In this document: one piece after another, positions 1-12,540 of the stretch
Numbering within the stretch: position 1 is the stretch's first letter
Layout of the letters: each line of letters begins with the position of its first letter
Assembly (NCBI GenBank): GCA_030390025.1
Contig: CM059432.1
Span: forward strand, 79,114,001-79,178,000
Reading direction: 5' to 3'
Origin: Squalus acanthias
Lineage: Eukaryota
Length of the DNA: 64,000 nucleotides
The notes under the pieces: model-generated
Told to the model about the DNA's origin: nothing
Database searches by the model: none
What the model saw: the letters and a program-made list of their open reading frames with translations, nothing else
Program-made: the position numbers and the translations under genes

Positions 1-11
1 GGCGAGCTTCT

Positions 12-430
12 GAACTACGATTCCCGGCGGGCATTGAAGGGAGCAGCAAGCTGCCCACCGAGCGGAGGACTCGGACTGCTGGACAAGCGAAAGGTGTGCT
101 GGGAGTCGAGGTGATGGTTAGGTCACGTTTGTTTTTTTTGCTTTTGATGTAGTAATTTTGAAAGTCAGCGATAATAGGAATTGTGTGTTTCCTTGACCCC
201 GTGACTTGATTAACCCAATTAAAATGATTTTTAAATTATTTTCCTGGCAAGTTCCACTTTACGATATGATGCCCTTAGTTTATGTATATGCAGTGTAGCC
301 TTTCAAATATGTTTTTCCCCTGTATTGTGAGGACATGAACGAGCTGGTTCGGTGCAGTTGTCAGTTTAGAATGAGCTGTCAGGCCTGCTGCATGGTTACT
401 AAGGAGAAGCGGATGTCATAGTTACCCGTC
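12..430 (+). promoter_or_regulatory. Promoter/first-exon region with ZNF143 (SBS) and RFX X-box-like motifs
   Basis: ACTACGATTCCCGGCGGGC (14-32) resembles the ZNF143 ACTACAnnTCCCAnnATGC motif, with a second reverse copy at 94-112. X-box-like GGTTACTAAGGAGA (394-407) and GTCATAGTTACC (415-426). CpG-rich relative to flanks. Confidence 0.6.
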
Positions 431-802
431 ATTGTCCTGATTTGATGATGTTTAACGTCTTTCTCTGCGTGCGTGCGAAAGAGTCGCCGACGATGTCACA
501 GTTTATCGTTCCCTGTTGCGATTTGATGACGCCACAGCAATTTTATTCTCTGTTGTTTAATTAGAGCACTGAAGGTGTCAGGGTTAATTGTGCGTGAGGG
601 TTGAGAAAGCTTAGTTCCACACCTTTTGCAAAAACAGATTTCATGCCATGTTGGTGACTGCAGTATCATATATTTAGAAAACTGTAAACGTTGGAAATCT
701 GAAATAAATACAGCAAATAGAGGTGGGCAAACCTAATTTTGTTGGAGAAACATCCTGAAAAAGCTCTGAAGCAAAAATATGTTTTACTTTTATATTTCTA
801 AG

Positions 803-909
803 CCACATCCTTGTGGTTCATTCAACCATGCCATCCTTGACAATAAACAGAAACAAAAAATGTTGATACTTCTCATAAAAAAACTCTGTAACTAAGGACA
901 CTGATACTG
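803..909 (+). other. Candidate exon of an unidentified host gene
   Basis: Pyrimidine tract + AG (TTTTATATTTCTAAG) at the 5' end and strong donor CTG|GTAAGT at 909/910. All three frames contain stops as assembled. Confidence 0.4.
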
Positions 910-1379
910 GTAAGTCTGAAAAAACTCTCATTGTTTTACTTCTGTGTCTCATCTCTTCTGTCTCTCATATCCTTCCCTTCTATAAATGTGTCTCTCCATC
1001 TATGGTCATGTTGCTACTTCTATGTGTTATTCACTTCTTCTCTCCTATCTGTCTCACACACCCTGTGTCACCCACTCTTTTGATGTCTCACACTTCTCAC
1101 CTACCTATCTTTTTGTTTTCCTTTCTCTTCCATCCATTTCCTTTCATTCCCCTCTTTATTTCTCCTCCTTCCCATCACTTTCACATCTTTTCCTTCTCTA
1201 TTTCTCTCCTTTTTATCTTTCCTCCTTTCTCTTCTTCCCCTTTTACTTTTATCTTGTTCATGTGTTTCTTCCCACTGTGTCCCCCCTCTCCACTTTCCTT
1301 TCTTCTGGAAGGAGAAATTGGCACACAGGACTGTAGAGCAACAGTGGGATGTTTAAGAAAAGAAATTGTAAAGATACAG

Positions 1380-4110
1380 AATAAGTATATTCCAATCGAA
1401 AAGATGAAACTACTAGTAGTTTTAGAATGCCATGGATAAAGAGGCTAGAAACCACTTGAAGAAGGCATATGAGGACTATAAGAATAATAATGAAACAGCT
1501 AAAGCAGATAATGAGAAAATAAGCAGAGGTTAGGAGTGGCTACGGAAAGATAAGAAAGAATATGAAGGGGAAAAAAATCAAAAAACATCAAAAGGAACAG
1601 TATGGTATTTTAGAAATATATCAACAAAAAGAGAATTGTTGAAAACAAAGTAGGACCTCTGAGAGCAAAGGATTGTCAGTTTGTAGAGAATGATAAAAAA
1701 AATAGCAGATGTAGTTAATAAGTACTTCGCATTGGTCTTTACTAAAGAGAAAGATACCAGAGAGGAAGTGAATCCTGAAGTGGTAGAGAATGAGATGAGT
1801 GATATTGTGATGGATCAGGAGAAAAATTTAGATAAAGAAGAAATAGTTAGAAGTAGCGAGCATGGATTTCAAAAAGAGTCGATTGTGCTTGACAAACTTC
1901 ATTGAGTTATTTGAGAGGGTAACAGACATGGTAGATGGGGGAAATGTAGTGGATGCAGCTTACATGGACTTTAGGAGAGCAACATGGGAAATTACTAGAG
2001 ATGATTAAAGGACATAGAAATAGTGGGAGGATAGCAAACATAAGAACATAAAACGTAGGAGCAGGAGTAGGTCATTTGGCCCCTCGAGCCTGCTCTGCCA
2101 TTCAATAAGATCATGGCTGATTGAAAATTGGTTAGAGGGGAGAAAACAAAAAATAGGAGTTAAGGGCAGTTTTTCAGAGTGGTTTGCACGGTTCAGTTCT
2201 GGCGCCACTTCTGTTCACTGTGTATATGCAGATGCAATTCAATGTCAGTGAGTGAGGTGATGCATTTTGTTAAAAAAAAATAACAGCAGTAATTATGCTC
2301 TAAATGGAAGTAGGCTTGGTGCTGTGGAAGAGCAAATGAACTTGAGGGTTGAGGTTCACATGACATTGTCCACTGCCTCTGTGTTGTCAGATTGCTTGCC
2401 GACATGCAGCCCTGGATGAGCTGCAATTTCCTCCAATTAAATATTGGGAGTATCAAAACCATTGTCTTCAAGCCCCGCCACAAACTCCATTCCATTACCA
2501 CCGATTCCATCCCCCTCCCTGGCCACTGTTTCAGGCTGAACCAGACTGTTCACAAGCTTGGCGTCCTATTTGACCCTGAGATGAGCTTCTGACCCCATAA
2601 TCCTCACTGTCACAAAGACTGCGTACTTCCACCTCCATAACATCGCCCACCTTTGCCCCTGTCTCTGTTCATCTGCTGCTGAAACCCTCATCCATGCTTT
2701 TGTTACCTCCTGACCCAACTATTCGAATGCTCTTCTGGCCGGCCTCCCATCTTCCAACCTCCATAAACTTCAACTCATCCAAAACTCTGCTGCCCGCATT
2801 CTAAACCACAGTAAATCCCACTCATCCATCACCCCTGTGCTCACCGACCTATGTTGGCTGTCAGTCCACCAATACCTCAATTTTAAAATTCTCATCCTTG
2901 TGTTCAAATCCCTCAATAGCCCACCCCTCCCTATCGCTGTAACTTCCTCCAGCCCTACAACCCTCCAAGAACTCTGCTTTCCTCCAACTCTGGACTCTTG
3001 CGCATTCCCCACTTTCTGCGCCCTACCATTGGTGGCTGTGCATTCAGCCATATAGGCTTTAAGCTCTAGAATTCCCTCCCTAAACCTCTCTGTCTCTGCA
3101 ACTCTCTCTCTTCCTTGAAGATCCTCCTTTAAACTTACCTCTGACCAAGCTTTTAGTCAGCTGTCAGATCTCCTTCTTTGGCTCGGTGTCCATTCTTGTC
3201 TTATTACGCTCCTGTGACGCGCCTTGGAACATTTTCCTACGTTAAAGGCACTATATAATTGCAACTTCTTGTTGTTTGTTGTTGTATTAAAGGTAGCACA
3301 AAAAGTGAAATACTGCAGATGCTGGACATCTGAAATAAAAACAGAAAATTTTGGAATCAGCCTGCAGGTCAGGCAGCACCTCTCCACAAATGCTGCCTCA
3401 CCTGCTGAGTGATTCCAGCATTTTTTGTTTTTACTAAAGACAATACTTCAGGTTGATAAGGCTGTAAAAATAGCTAATAGAATTCTAAATTTTATCTCCA
3501 AAGGTATAGAATATAAAAACCGAGGGAATGAGAAGCCTATATAAAACCTTAATAAGACCTCAGTTAGTGTACTGTGTGCAGTATTGGGCTCCACACTATA
3601 GGAAAGATGTTGAGGCTTCAGAGAGGGTACAACACAGATTTGCTAGGATGCTGCCTGGTATGCGGAAATACAAGAAAAGGCTTGAAAAGTTGGGTCTTTT
3701 TTATTAGAACAACACAGATTACAGGGTTTTATAATAGAAGTTTGAAAAATTATGAAAGGATGGACAGGGTCAATAGGAACAGACTGTTTCCAGTAGTTGA
3801 GGAGTCAAGAACAAGGGGACACAGATACAAGATTAAATGTAAGAAATTTAGAACAGAGGGCACAAGAAATTTCTTCACCCAGAGAGTTGTGAGACTGTGG
3901 ATTTCACTTCCAGAGTTGGTGGTTGAGCCAGAAACTATGTCAACATTCAAGATTAGATTGGATAGGTGGATGAAGGAAAAGGGGTTAGTGGAATATGGGA
4001 ACAGGGTGAGTACATGTGATTAGAACAAATTGCTCATGTGATGGGTAAATGAGGACACAGACTGGTTGAGCCAAATGACCTTTTTTCGTGTTGTAACTTC
4101 CATGTATTTC
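1380..4110 (+). mobile_element. Old degenerate CR1 LINE ORF2/3' end, interrupted by an L2 and short repeats
   Basis: Fragments such as IADVVNKYFALVFTKE, SEHGFQK and RTRGHRYKI..RNFFTQRVVRLW resemble the intact CR1 copies in this window. Confidence 0.75.
2365..3265 (+). mobile_element. L2-type LINE 3' fragment
   Basis: WMSCNFLQLNIG, LGVLFDPEMSF, LTDLCWLSVHQYLNFKILILVFKSL; tail AAAGGCACTATATAATTGCAA. Confidence 0.8.
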
Positions 4111-5105
4111 TCTTTGTCTCCTTTATAGTTCTCTTTCTCCCTCCCTCTCCTGGTTTGATATTTCTCTTCTTTGGTTCACTTTCTTTTCTGATTCACTTTC
4201 ATGTTCTCCTTTTCTGGCTTTCTCTCTCCCCACTTCTGGTTTTATAACGCTCTGCTCTTTTTCTTCTCTCTATCTCTTACCTCTTTGCTTTACTCTTTCA
4301 CCTATTTCTGGCCTCTTTGTCACATGTTTATTTCTTCATTGGGAGAGTGTAGAGTGGGAAGCAAGCTGGCAAAGAGAGAGGGAAAAGGGGCCGGTCGGAA
4401 GGGAAGGAGAGCGACAGAGGGGGGAAGAGAGAAAAGAGGAACGGGGAGAAGGAGGGATAGGGAGAAGTGAGAGGGAGGGGTATAGAAGGAAGAGGGGTCT
4501 GAGGGAAGGGTGGGAGTATGAAAGGAAAGGGTTGAAAGACAGAATGGGATGACCAAACGTAATGAGATCCCAAGATAAGTCCAGACAGTGGCATCCAATG
4601 AAAGTGAGCAGGTTACTCCATGGAGAGACCTTCTTTGGAGACTTGTTTTAGAGCTGTCAAAGAAATAGCTGTGGATTGGATATATGGTGTCTTCACTATC
4701 TCGGGAGGATTGTTATCAGCAAGGTAATAACATTGCAATGCAGTCAATGACCAAAAGGCAAGCTGAAGCTTAATGATCATTTGGGAGCAAAGGGAACAAG
4801 TAATCAGTTGAATCAATAGAAGAGTTACGTAACATGATAATACCCAGTGGAAATTGTCACAGTTCCAATTCTGTAGGGAGGACAAAATGTCTTAGTTTAA
4901 ATGAAAGGGAAAAATCACTTTATGCACAAATCTAAGGTGTGTTTTAAATATCACCTGGTCAGAATGCCACACTAAATAAGGATCGTCGTTAACCCAGTGC
5001 TTGAATCTCACTCACCCATCGTACTGAAACCAGGGCCCCAAGAAGAACAGTTGTCTACATAAAAATCTTTAGGTCCTATGCACCACAGGTTCAAAAGGGG
5101 GTTGC

Positions 5106-5445
5106 TCTTTTGGTGCGATCAGTAAACAAAAACTGTAACTTAACAAAAATACATCAAATGAAACTTAACAAATTAAATTAAAATTTGTTTGTCGGGAGTT
5201 GATGCACTCCAGTCCCTGCGGTGCCCACCGGTCGCAGAAGGCCTCGAGCATGCCGGCAGACACCGCATGCTCCATCTCCAGAGCCACCCGGGCGCGAATG
5301 TGGCCGCGGAAGAGAGGCAGGCAGTCGGGCAGAACGACCCTCTCGACCGCCCGCTGCCTGGACCAGTTGATGGCTACTTTGGCCAGGCCCAGGAGCAGTA
5401 CTACGAGGAGGTCCCCCGACCTGCCCGCTCCCCTCCGCACCGGGT
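5106..5445 (-). mobile_element. Tx1 (L1-clade) LINE, 5'-truncated 3' end with 17-bp TSD
   Basis: LLLGLAKVAI..RARVALEMEHA..FCDRWAPQGLEC matches the C-terminus of the longer Tx1 copy. Flanks GTTCAAAAGGGGGTTGC (5089-5105) and GTTCAAAAGGGTGTTGC (5446-5462). Confidence 0.8.
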
Positions 5446-6299
5446 GTTCAAAAGGGTGTTGCAGCCATTTGGTTAAGACTAAATTAACATGTATAAAGGG
5501 GGAAAAGGAGAACTGTTTATATTTTGATGCTCAAAACCATACATGAATTAAGAAATGATTGGATGTTCCCCTAATGAACCATAAGTAGTGGTTCACGAAA
5601 GGCTGGTATTGCTACTTCATAACTTGTATGGATCCTGGTTTGAGATGGTGGTCCACTAGGATGTGTAAATATAAGAACACTAATATAAATCATAGGAGAG
5701 AGAGTTGATGTTTTTGGCAATGCAACACTCCACAAACTTACTTTTAAATTAGGAGCTTTGTTGGCTGGTTGTTTCTTAGAGATCTTGAAAATATCCATCA
5801 TAGGAAACAATGGGTTGACTCGGATGCCGTACCCTCTCAACGGGAAGTCAGTCAACTATAAACCTGCTGGGCTCCAGGTGAAGGATCTGATCTTACAGGT
5901 TAGAGAGGTATTTCTGGTGAGTGCCAAGCCATGGTTTCTGAAGCCAATTGTGGATTATCAGGATCATTTTGCTCCCTCTATTTGTACTTTTTGCAGGATT
6001 CTGGGAATTAACAGAAAGGGTGGACATGCAGAAAGTATATGTGTCCAGAAGAAAGAGAGATGCTCTACTGTTGTCTGTAACCCATAGAGATGAAGCTGGA
6101 AATGATAACAAGAAGGAAAAGGGTTGAATTTTGAGTATCTGCAGGATGGGATCCTGGGCAACCTTGAAATTGATCATTCACTTGTGAGGGTGGTAGTGTT
6201 GGAAGGCTACACTTATCATTTTCAGTACCAAACAGTTTATGTGCTAACCCAATGTCCAGTAGTCTTTAAAGGTGGATTTCCCATCTAGATTGGGATGAG

Positions 6300-7235
6300 T
6301 CAGTCAGCAGAGTGATTGGGGAGAATGGATGGTGGCTGGAGAAGGATGCCACAGAGCATGGACACTGAGCAGAGGGGGTGAAAACATGGTGAAGTTTTTT
6401 AGGAACCTTTTGAATGCAATGGGGAGGGGGGAGGGTGGCAGTGCTGAGGAATTTAGGGAAGGAGTTCCAGAGGCAGGGGCATAAGTCATTGAAAGACTGG
6501 TCATCAATGGCAGAATGAGCAGTAAGCCAATGTCCGAGGAATGACTGGTGTATATGGGTATATATAACTGGAGGAGATTACTGAGCTTTGGTAGGATGAG
6601 ACCATGGAGGGATTTGAAGGTAAAGAGAAGGACCTTAGAATCAACTTGCTGGGCCACTGGAGCTCAGGACTTTGTGCAATGAGGATGCAAACCCTGGTAT
6701 TCTGAGTTACTTGTAGGTTGTGGAGGCTGTGAAGGGATCCACTGGAGATGTCAAATCTTGTTGGTGATAAAGGTATGGATTAGGATTTCAACAAAAATGT
6801 ATGGATGGAGGGGTGTGATATTTCAGAGGTAGGAGAAAGTGGTCATGGTAACAGATTAGATGTGGGAAGGAAGTTGAGCTCAGGATCAAGTAATGTGTCA
6901 AGGTTCTGCATTTCTGGATTTAGTCTGAAGTAGCAACCAGGGAGGTTAATACCGGAGGCACGTGGGTACGGGTAGGGGTAAAATAATGCTTCTTATGTTG
7001 GTTTTTATGACATTTAGCTGGAGAAAAGTTCCTCTCATCAGGATGTAATGTTAGACAGGCAAGTTGGAGAGTGTAGCAATGGGCTTGGGATCGATGGAGC
7101 AGATAGAGAGGTACAGCTGGATGTCATTGGCACACTTGTAGAACCTAGTTCCATGTTTTCAGATGATGTTGGCAGGGAGTAGCACATAAATGATGAAGAG
7201 GTGGGACTCTGGGGTGCTATTGAGGTGACTCCAGT
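6300..7235 (-). mobile_element. Old L2 LINE fragment
   Basis: KVLLFTFKSLHGL..LSNLLQ and degenerate RT-like segments on the minus strand. Confidence 0.65.
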
Positions 7236-7584
7236 GATTGGGGCTCCGACTTTTCTTCTTGGGATGGAGCATGTGCACAGAATTGGTGGAGTGCTCCAGA
7301 AATGTGCTCCATCAGGAGGTAGAAAGCAGCACCCATAATTTAGGTCACTGCTCATTTAAATGTACTGGATGTGCACTAAGTGTGGGAGCACCTCGGATTG
7401 CACACACGTCCATTTGAAAGGAAATTCAGGTGCTGAACTTAAAGGTGCAGTAAGCCATGGAAAACATCAGGATAACTTTCAATAAAAGTGCTGGCAAGTC
7501 CAAAATGTGCAACAGGAAGAAAATAGTTTTAAACATGACTGTCAATATAGCAGTCTGTCAGCCAGGAATCCAGAGTGTAGAGAA

Positions 7585-9796
7585 TTTAAATAAAGGAAAC
7601 TACGATGGTATGAGGCGCAAGTTGGCTAGGATGGATTGGGGAATGTTACTTAAAGGGTTGACGGTGGATAGGCAATGGCAAACATTTAAAGATCGCATGG
7701 ATGAACTACAAAATTTGTTAATCCCTGTTTGGCATAAAAATAAAACAAAAAAGGTGACTGAACCGTGGCTAACAAGGGAAATTAGGGATAGTATAAGATC
7801 CAAGGAGAGGACATATAAATTGGCCAGAAAAAGCAGCAAACCTGAGGATTGGGAGCAGTTTAGGATTCAGCAAAGGAGGACAAAGGGATTAATTAAGAGG
7901 GGGAAAATAGAATATGAGAGTAAGCTTGCAGGGAACATAAAAACTGACTGTAAAAGCTACTATAGATATGTCAAGAGAAAAAGATTGGTGAAGTCAAGCG
8001 TAGGTCCCTTGCAGTCAGAATCAGGGAATTTATAATGGGGAACAAAGAAATGGCAGTCCAATTGAATACATACTTTGGTTCTGTCTTCACAAAGGAGGAC
8101 ACAAATAAACTCCCAGAGATGTCGGGGAACATAGGGTCTAATGAGAGGGAGGAACTGAATGAAATCAGTATTTGTAGGGAAATGGTGTTAGGGAAATTGA
8201 CGGGATTGAAGGCTGATAAATCCCCAGGGCCTGATAATCTTCATCCTAGGGTACTTAAGGAAGTGGCCCTAGAAATAGTAGATGCATTGCTGGTCATCTT
8301 CTAAAATTCTATAGACTCTGGAACCGTTCCCATGGATTGGAGGGTAGCTAATGTAACCCCACTATTTAAAAAAGGTAGTAGAGAGAAAACGGGGAATTAT
8401 AGACCGGTAAGCCTGACATCGGTAGTGGGGAAAATGCTAGAGTCCATTATAAAAGATGTAATAGCAGAGCACTTGGAAAACAGTGACAGGATCGGACAAA
8501 GTCAACATGGATTTACAAAAGGTAAATCATGCTTGACTAATCTACTGGAATTTTTTGAGGATGTAACTGGTAGAATAGATAAAGTAGAACCAGTGGATGT
8601 GGTGTATTTGGACTTTCAGAAGGCTTTCGATAAGGTCCCGCATAAGAGATTAGCGTGCAAAGTTAAAGCACATGGGATTGGGGGTAAGGTACTGACTTGG
8701 ATAGAAAACTGGTTGGCAGACAGGAAGCAAAGAGTTGGAATAAACGGGTCTTTTTCCGAGTGGCAGGCAGTGACTAGTGGGGTACTTCAGGGATCAGTGC
8801 TAGGACCCCAGTTATTCACAATATACTGTATATTAATTATCTAGACGAGGGAACTAGATTTAATATCTCCAAGTTTGCAGACGACACAAAGCTGGGTGGG
8901 CGTGTGTGCTGTGAGGAGGATGCAGAGAAACTCCAGTATGATTTGGACAGGTTGGGTGATTGGGCAGATGCAGTATAATGTGGATAAATGCGAGGTTATC
9001 CACTTTGGTGGCAAAAACAGGAAGGCAGATTATTATCTGAACGGCAATAGATTGGGAAAAGGGTAAGTGCAACGAGACCTGGGTGTCCTTGTGCACCAGT
9101 CGCTGAAGGTAAGCATGCAGGTGCAGCAGGCGGTTAAGAATGCAAATGGTATGTTGGCCTTCATAGCGAGAGGATTCGAGTACAGGAGCAAGGATGTCTT
9201 GCTGCAGTTGTACAGGGCCTTGGTGAGACCACACCTTGAGTATTGTGTGCAGTTTTGGTCGCCTTATCTGAGGAAGGATGTTCTTGCCATGGAGGGAGTG
9301 CAGCGAAGATTCACCAGACTGATACCTGGGATGGCAGGAATGACGTATGAAGAGAGATTGGGTCGATTAGGCTTATATTCGCTAGAGTTTGGAAGAATGA
9401 GAGGGGATCTCATTGAAACTTATAAAATTCGAACTGGACTAGACAGACTAGATGCAGGAAGGCTGTTCCCGATGGCGGGGGAGTCCAGAACCAGGGGTCA
9501 CAGTCTAAGGATAAGGGGTAAGCCATTTAGGACTGAGATGAGGAGGAATTTCTTCACCCAGAGAGTGGTGAACCTGTGGAATTCTCTACCACAGAAGGCA
9601 GTTGAGGCCAATTCATTAAATATATTCAAGAAGGAGTTAGATATATTTCTTAAGGCTAAAGGGATCAAGGGATATGGGGAGAAAGCAGGGACAGGGTACT
9701 GAATTTGGATGATCAACCATGATCTCATTAAATGGCGGAACAGGCTCGAGGGGCCGAATGGCCTACTCCTGCTCCTATCTTCTAAGTTTCTATGTT
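7585..9796 (+). mobile_element. Young CR1 LINE (5'-truncated ORF2: RT + 3' tail), frameshifted
   Basis: ORFs 7457-9702: KSPGPDNLHP, NYRPVSLTS, QHGFTKGKSC, YLDFQKAFDKVPH, GSVLGP, KFADDTK, RNFFTQRVVNLWNSLP; terminal TTCTATGT-type repeat. Confidence 0.95.
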
Positions 9797-10149
9797 AATG
9801 ACGCAGTCAGGCTGCTGTTGCCAGACAGGCTTGGAGCCTAGTTGGGCACCATTTTGGTTGCCGATGCTCAACTCTGAAGTTTGTGCTGCCTGATCTCTGC
9901 TGCTGATGACTAGAAGTTGTCACCTTAGATCAATTGTTTTTTTGGACTATCCATTGTGAGTCACAGTTGGGAAATCTGCAGAAGGAGAAATGCTCAGGGT
10001 GCTGTTGACAATGTTTAGTAAGCAGCATTATTGTAGGAGAAAAGCACTATGGTGGAAGGAGTGTGGGTTCTGTTGAAATTTTCCAGCTTAGTTCAGGAGA
10101 AGGAGTCATTGCTAAGTGTTTGTCTAATGGTCCAACCAGCTCACAGCAG

Positions 10150-11060
10150 GTCTGTTGGTGCAGACTCCATTGCCTGTTCCAGCTCCTCATGGACAGGATC
10201 CACTGATTCTTCTGAAGCACTGTTTATACTGCTCCAAGTCCATGCCTTAATCAAGGGACAGGTTGTGCAGCATAAAGCACACTACAATGATCTTGGACTT
10301 TTTTGCTACCTGGTAGGGCAGGATGCTGTGACTTTTCCAGGCACCAGAACTGCTGCTTCAGAATGCCTATTGTGTTCTCCATGATAGTGGAAGCACAGGC
10401 GTTGTTCCGCTTGATCTGTGCAGAAGTTTGAGGATGGCTGCAGTGGGTGTCCCTGGACCCAGGAGCTAATCCTTTACTCAATGGTGTCTGCAAACAAGGG
10501 AAGTAGTTGACTGCCTGAGAATAAAAGTGTGCGTGCCGACAGGGAATATAGCATTCACATGCATAACCTTACGGTGGTAGTCACACTCAAAATGCACGAT
10601 GACAGAGTAGAAAGCCTTCCTGTTTATATATGTGGGCTACAGTGCAGTAAAGCACTGTGTGTCAATAATAGCTCATTGCACCTTTGGAAACCCAGCTGTT
10701 TAGAAGAAGCTTAGTTCCTGCACCTGCTCATGGTTGGGATCTGTGGAGAATGTAATAAATTCCCCAGCTCTGGCAATTGATGCATTTGTGACTTGGTCAA
10801 TGCTCCTGTGGACTGCAGACTAGCTCATTTTGTCATCTCTGGCTTCCTGGAACCCTGATCTCCCCAGGGCAAAGAGCTTCAAGGCAATGGTCATTTTCAC
10901 CTCGACTAGCCCTGCACCATGACTCCAACTCAAGCTGCAGAGGATCACATAATTTCCGCATGACCTCCTTGGTGAATCTGAGCCTCTGGACACAATAGCC
11001 CTGTGTAAAGTGGGGACAGTAAACGCAGCCAGGACGATAGGTGCAGGAGGGTTCTCTACC
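10150..11060 (-). pseudogene. Decayed PIF/Harbinger (HARBI1-like) DDE transposase
   Basis: Collinear minus-strand fragments: CVQRLRFTKEVMRKLCD, VEVKMTIALKLFA, GFPKVQ*AIID, YINRKAFYSVIVHFECDYHRKVMHVNAIFPVGTH, STIMENTIGILKQQFWCL. Stops and frameshifts present. Confidence 0.8.
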
Positions 11061-11794
11061 ATCTGCGGTGTCAGCGCTCCTTGTTATCGAGACAAGATTA
11101 TTGCATGCGCTTGCCATCTTCCTCCTCGTAAGTTAAATATACTGCAATGTGATCCCCAACAGCCTACAAATTCTGGTGTCAGGGACAGATTTGGCTAACA
11201 CTCCATAGCACCTAAAGCAGAAAGTTTCAAAAAGTCCAATTTCAGTGACACAGCACTTGAACTCAGTAATACTGCTATCACAAGCAACTTACAAGTTTGA
11301 AACTCACTTGTGAAATGCTTCCTGTCTGCTCCAATGAAAGGTGTGGGCTTAGTAAAACAGCCTTTCTGTTTTTTGCCTTTACTTTCATAGAGACAATCTG
11401 CACATAAAATGCATCTGGAGTAAGTAAAGGTAATCCAGGGGCAGGTGCTGATCACATCATCAGAAGGTGGCTTTTATCTTATTTGCATGGAAATACCAGT
11501 GCAATATTGAGGCCAGAGGAAATGGCGGGGCAGTGCAAACACAGAGCAAAATGTGCACAAAATTTCTGTGGCCATTTTCCTCTCGGCTGTGCTCAAAAAA
11601 GGTGGGGGGACAAATTAGAGGAATATTGGGCCCAGGATGTCCACTTCCTGTTCCTGCTCTCACTCTGTCTCTGACTATTACGTATTTTAGGAAAAGTACT
11701 GATGGCGGATCAGAGACCAGTGACATGGCAGATTGCTCTCGAGTACTGCCAATTTTGATAACCTCTCAATCGAAGACTTTAGAGAGCTTAAACT

Positions 11795-11975
11795 AACATC
11801 ACTAAAACAGATTATCTGGTCATTATTTCATTGCTGTTTGTCGGACCTCGCTGTGCGCAGATTGGTTGCCACGTTTCCTACATTACAACAGTAACGTCAC
11901 TACAAAAATACTTAATTAGCTGAAAAGCACTTTAGGACATCTGAAATCGTGAAAGGTGCTATATAAATGCAAGTC
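11795..11975 (+). mobile_element. Deu-domain SINE (SacSINE1-like) 3' part
   Basis: CAGATTATCTGGTCATTATT..GCTGTGCGCAGATTGGTTGCC..GGTGCTATATAAATGCAAGT; reverse complement of copies at 26.9, 38.8 and 48.0 kb. Confidence 0.65.
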
Positions 11976-12224
11976 ATTTCAAAAGGGAATTGGATATATA
12001 CTTGAAAAGGAAAAATGTGGAGGTATATGGGGAAAGAGATGGGAAATTGGCGAGCTCACAGGCACGATGGGCTAAATGGCCTCCTTCTGTGCTCTATGAT
12101 TCTATAAGTCTTCCTTAAAGGGTATAATGTAGTAGCCATTACAGAGACCAGCCTACAAACTGACCATGATTTGGAGCTAAATATTCCAGACTATAGGATC
12201 TTTAGAAAGGACAGAGTCTTGTAT

Positions 12225-12540
12225 GTAGGGTAGATAGAGAGAAGCTATTTCCTCTGGTGGAGGAGTCCAGAAGAAGGGGGGCATAACCTTAAAATTAGAG
12301 CTAGGCCATTCAGGGGTGATGTCAGGAAGCACTTCATCATCTCACCCAAAATGCTGTGGATGCTTGGTCAATTAAAATTTTCAAGACTCAGATTGATAGA
12401 TTTTTGTATGGTAAGGGTATCAAGGGATATGGAGCAAAGGTGGATGAATGAAGCTGAGGTACAGATCAGCCATGATCTAATTGAATGGCAGAACAGGCTT
12501 GAGGGGGCTAAATGGTCTACTCCTGTTTCTATGTTAATAC
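12225..12540 (+). mobile_element. CR1 LINE 3' end fragment
   Basis: CR1 tail CAGCCATGATCTAATTGAATGGCAGAACAGGCTTGAGGGG..TTCTATGT. Confidence 0.7.

Noticed and set aside
986..1439. Phe/Leu/Ser-rich ORFs
   Set aside because: Translation of CT-rich low-complexity sequence; the same applies to 4201-4598.
4985..5490. Minus-strand exon (donor ATGG|GTGAGT) disrupted by the Tx1 stub
   Set aside because: After removing the insertion, all three frames from the nearest acceptor contain a stop.
5560..6290. Possible ancient retroelement coding remnant
   Set aside because: No motif could be assigned with confidence by eye.
10150..11060. Domesticated HARBI1 gene
   Set aside because: Multiple stops and frameshifts with no exon structure; a transposon fossil.
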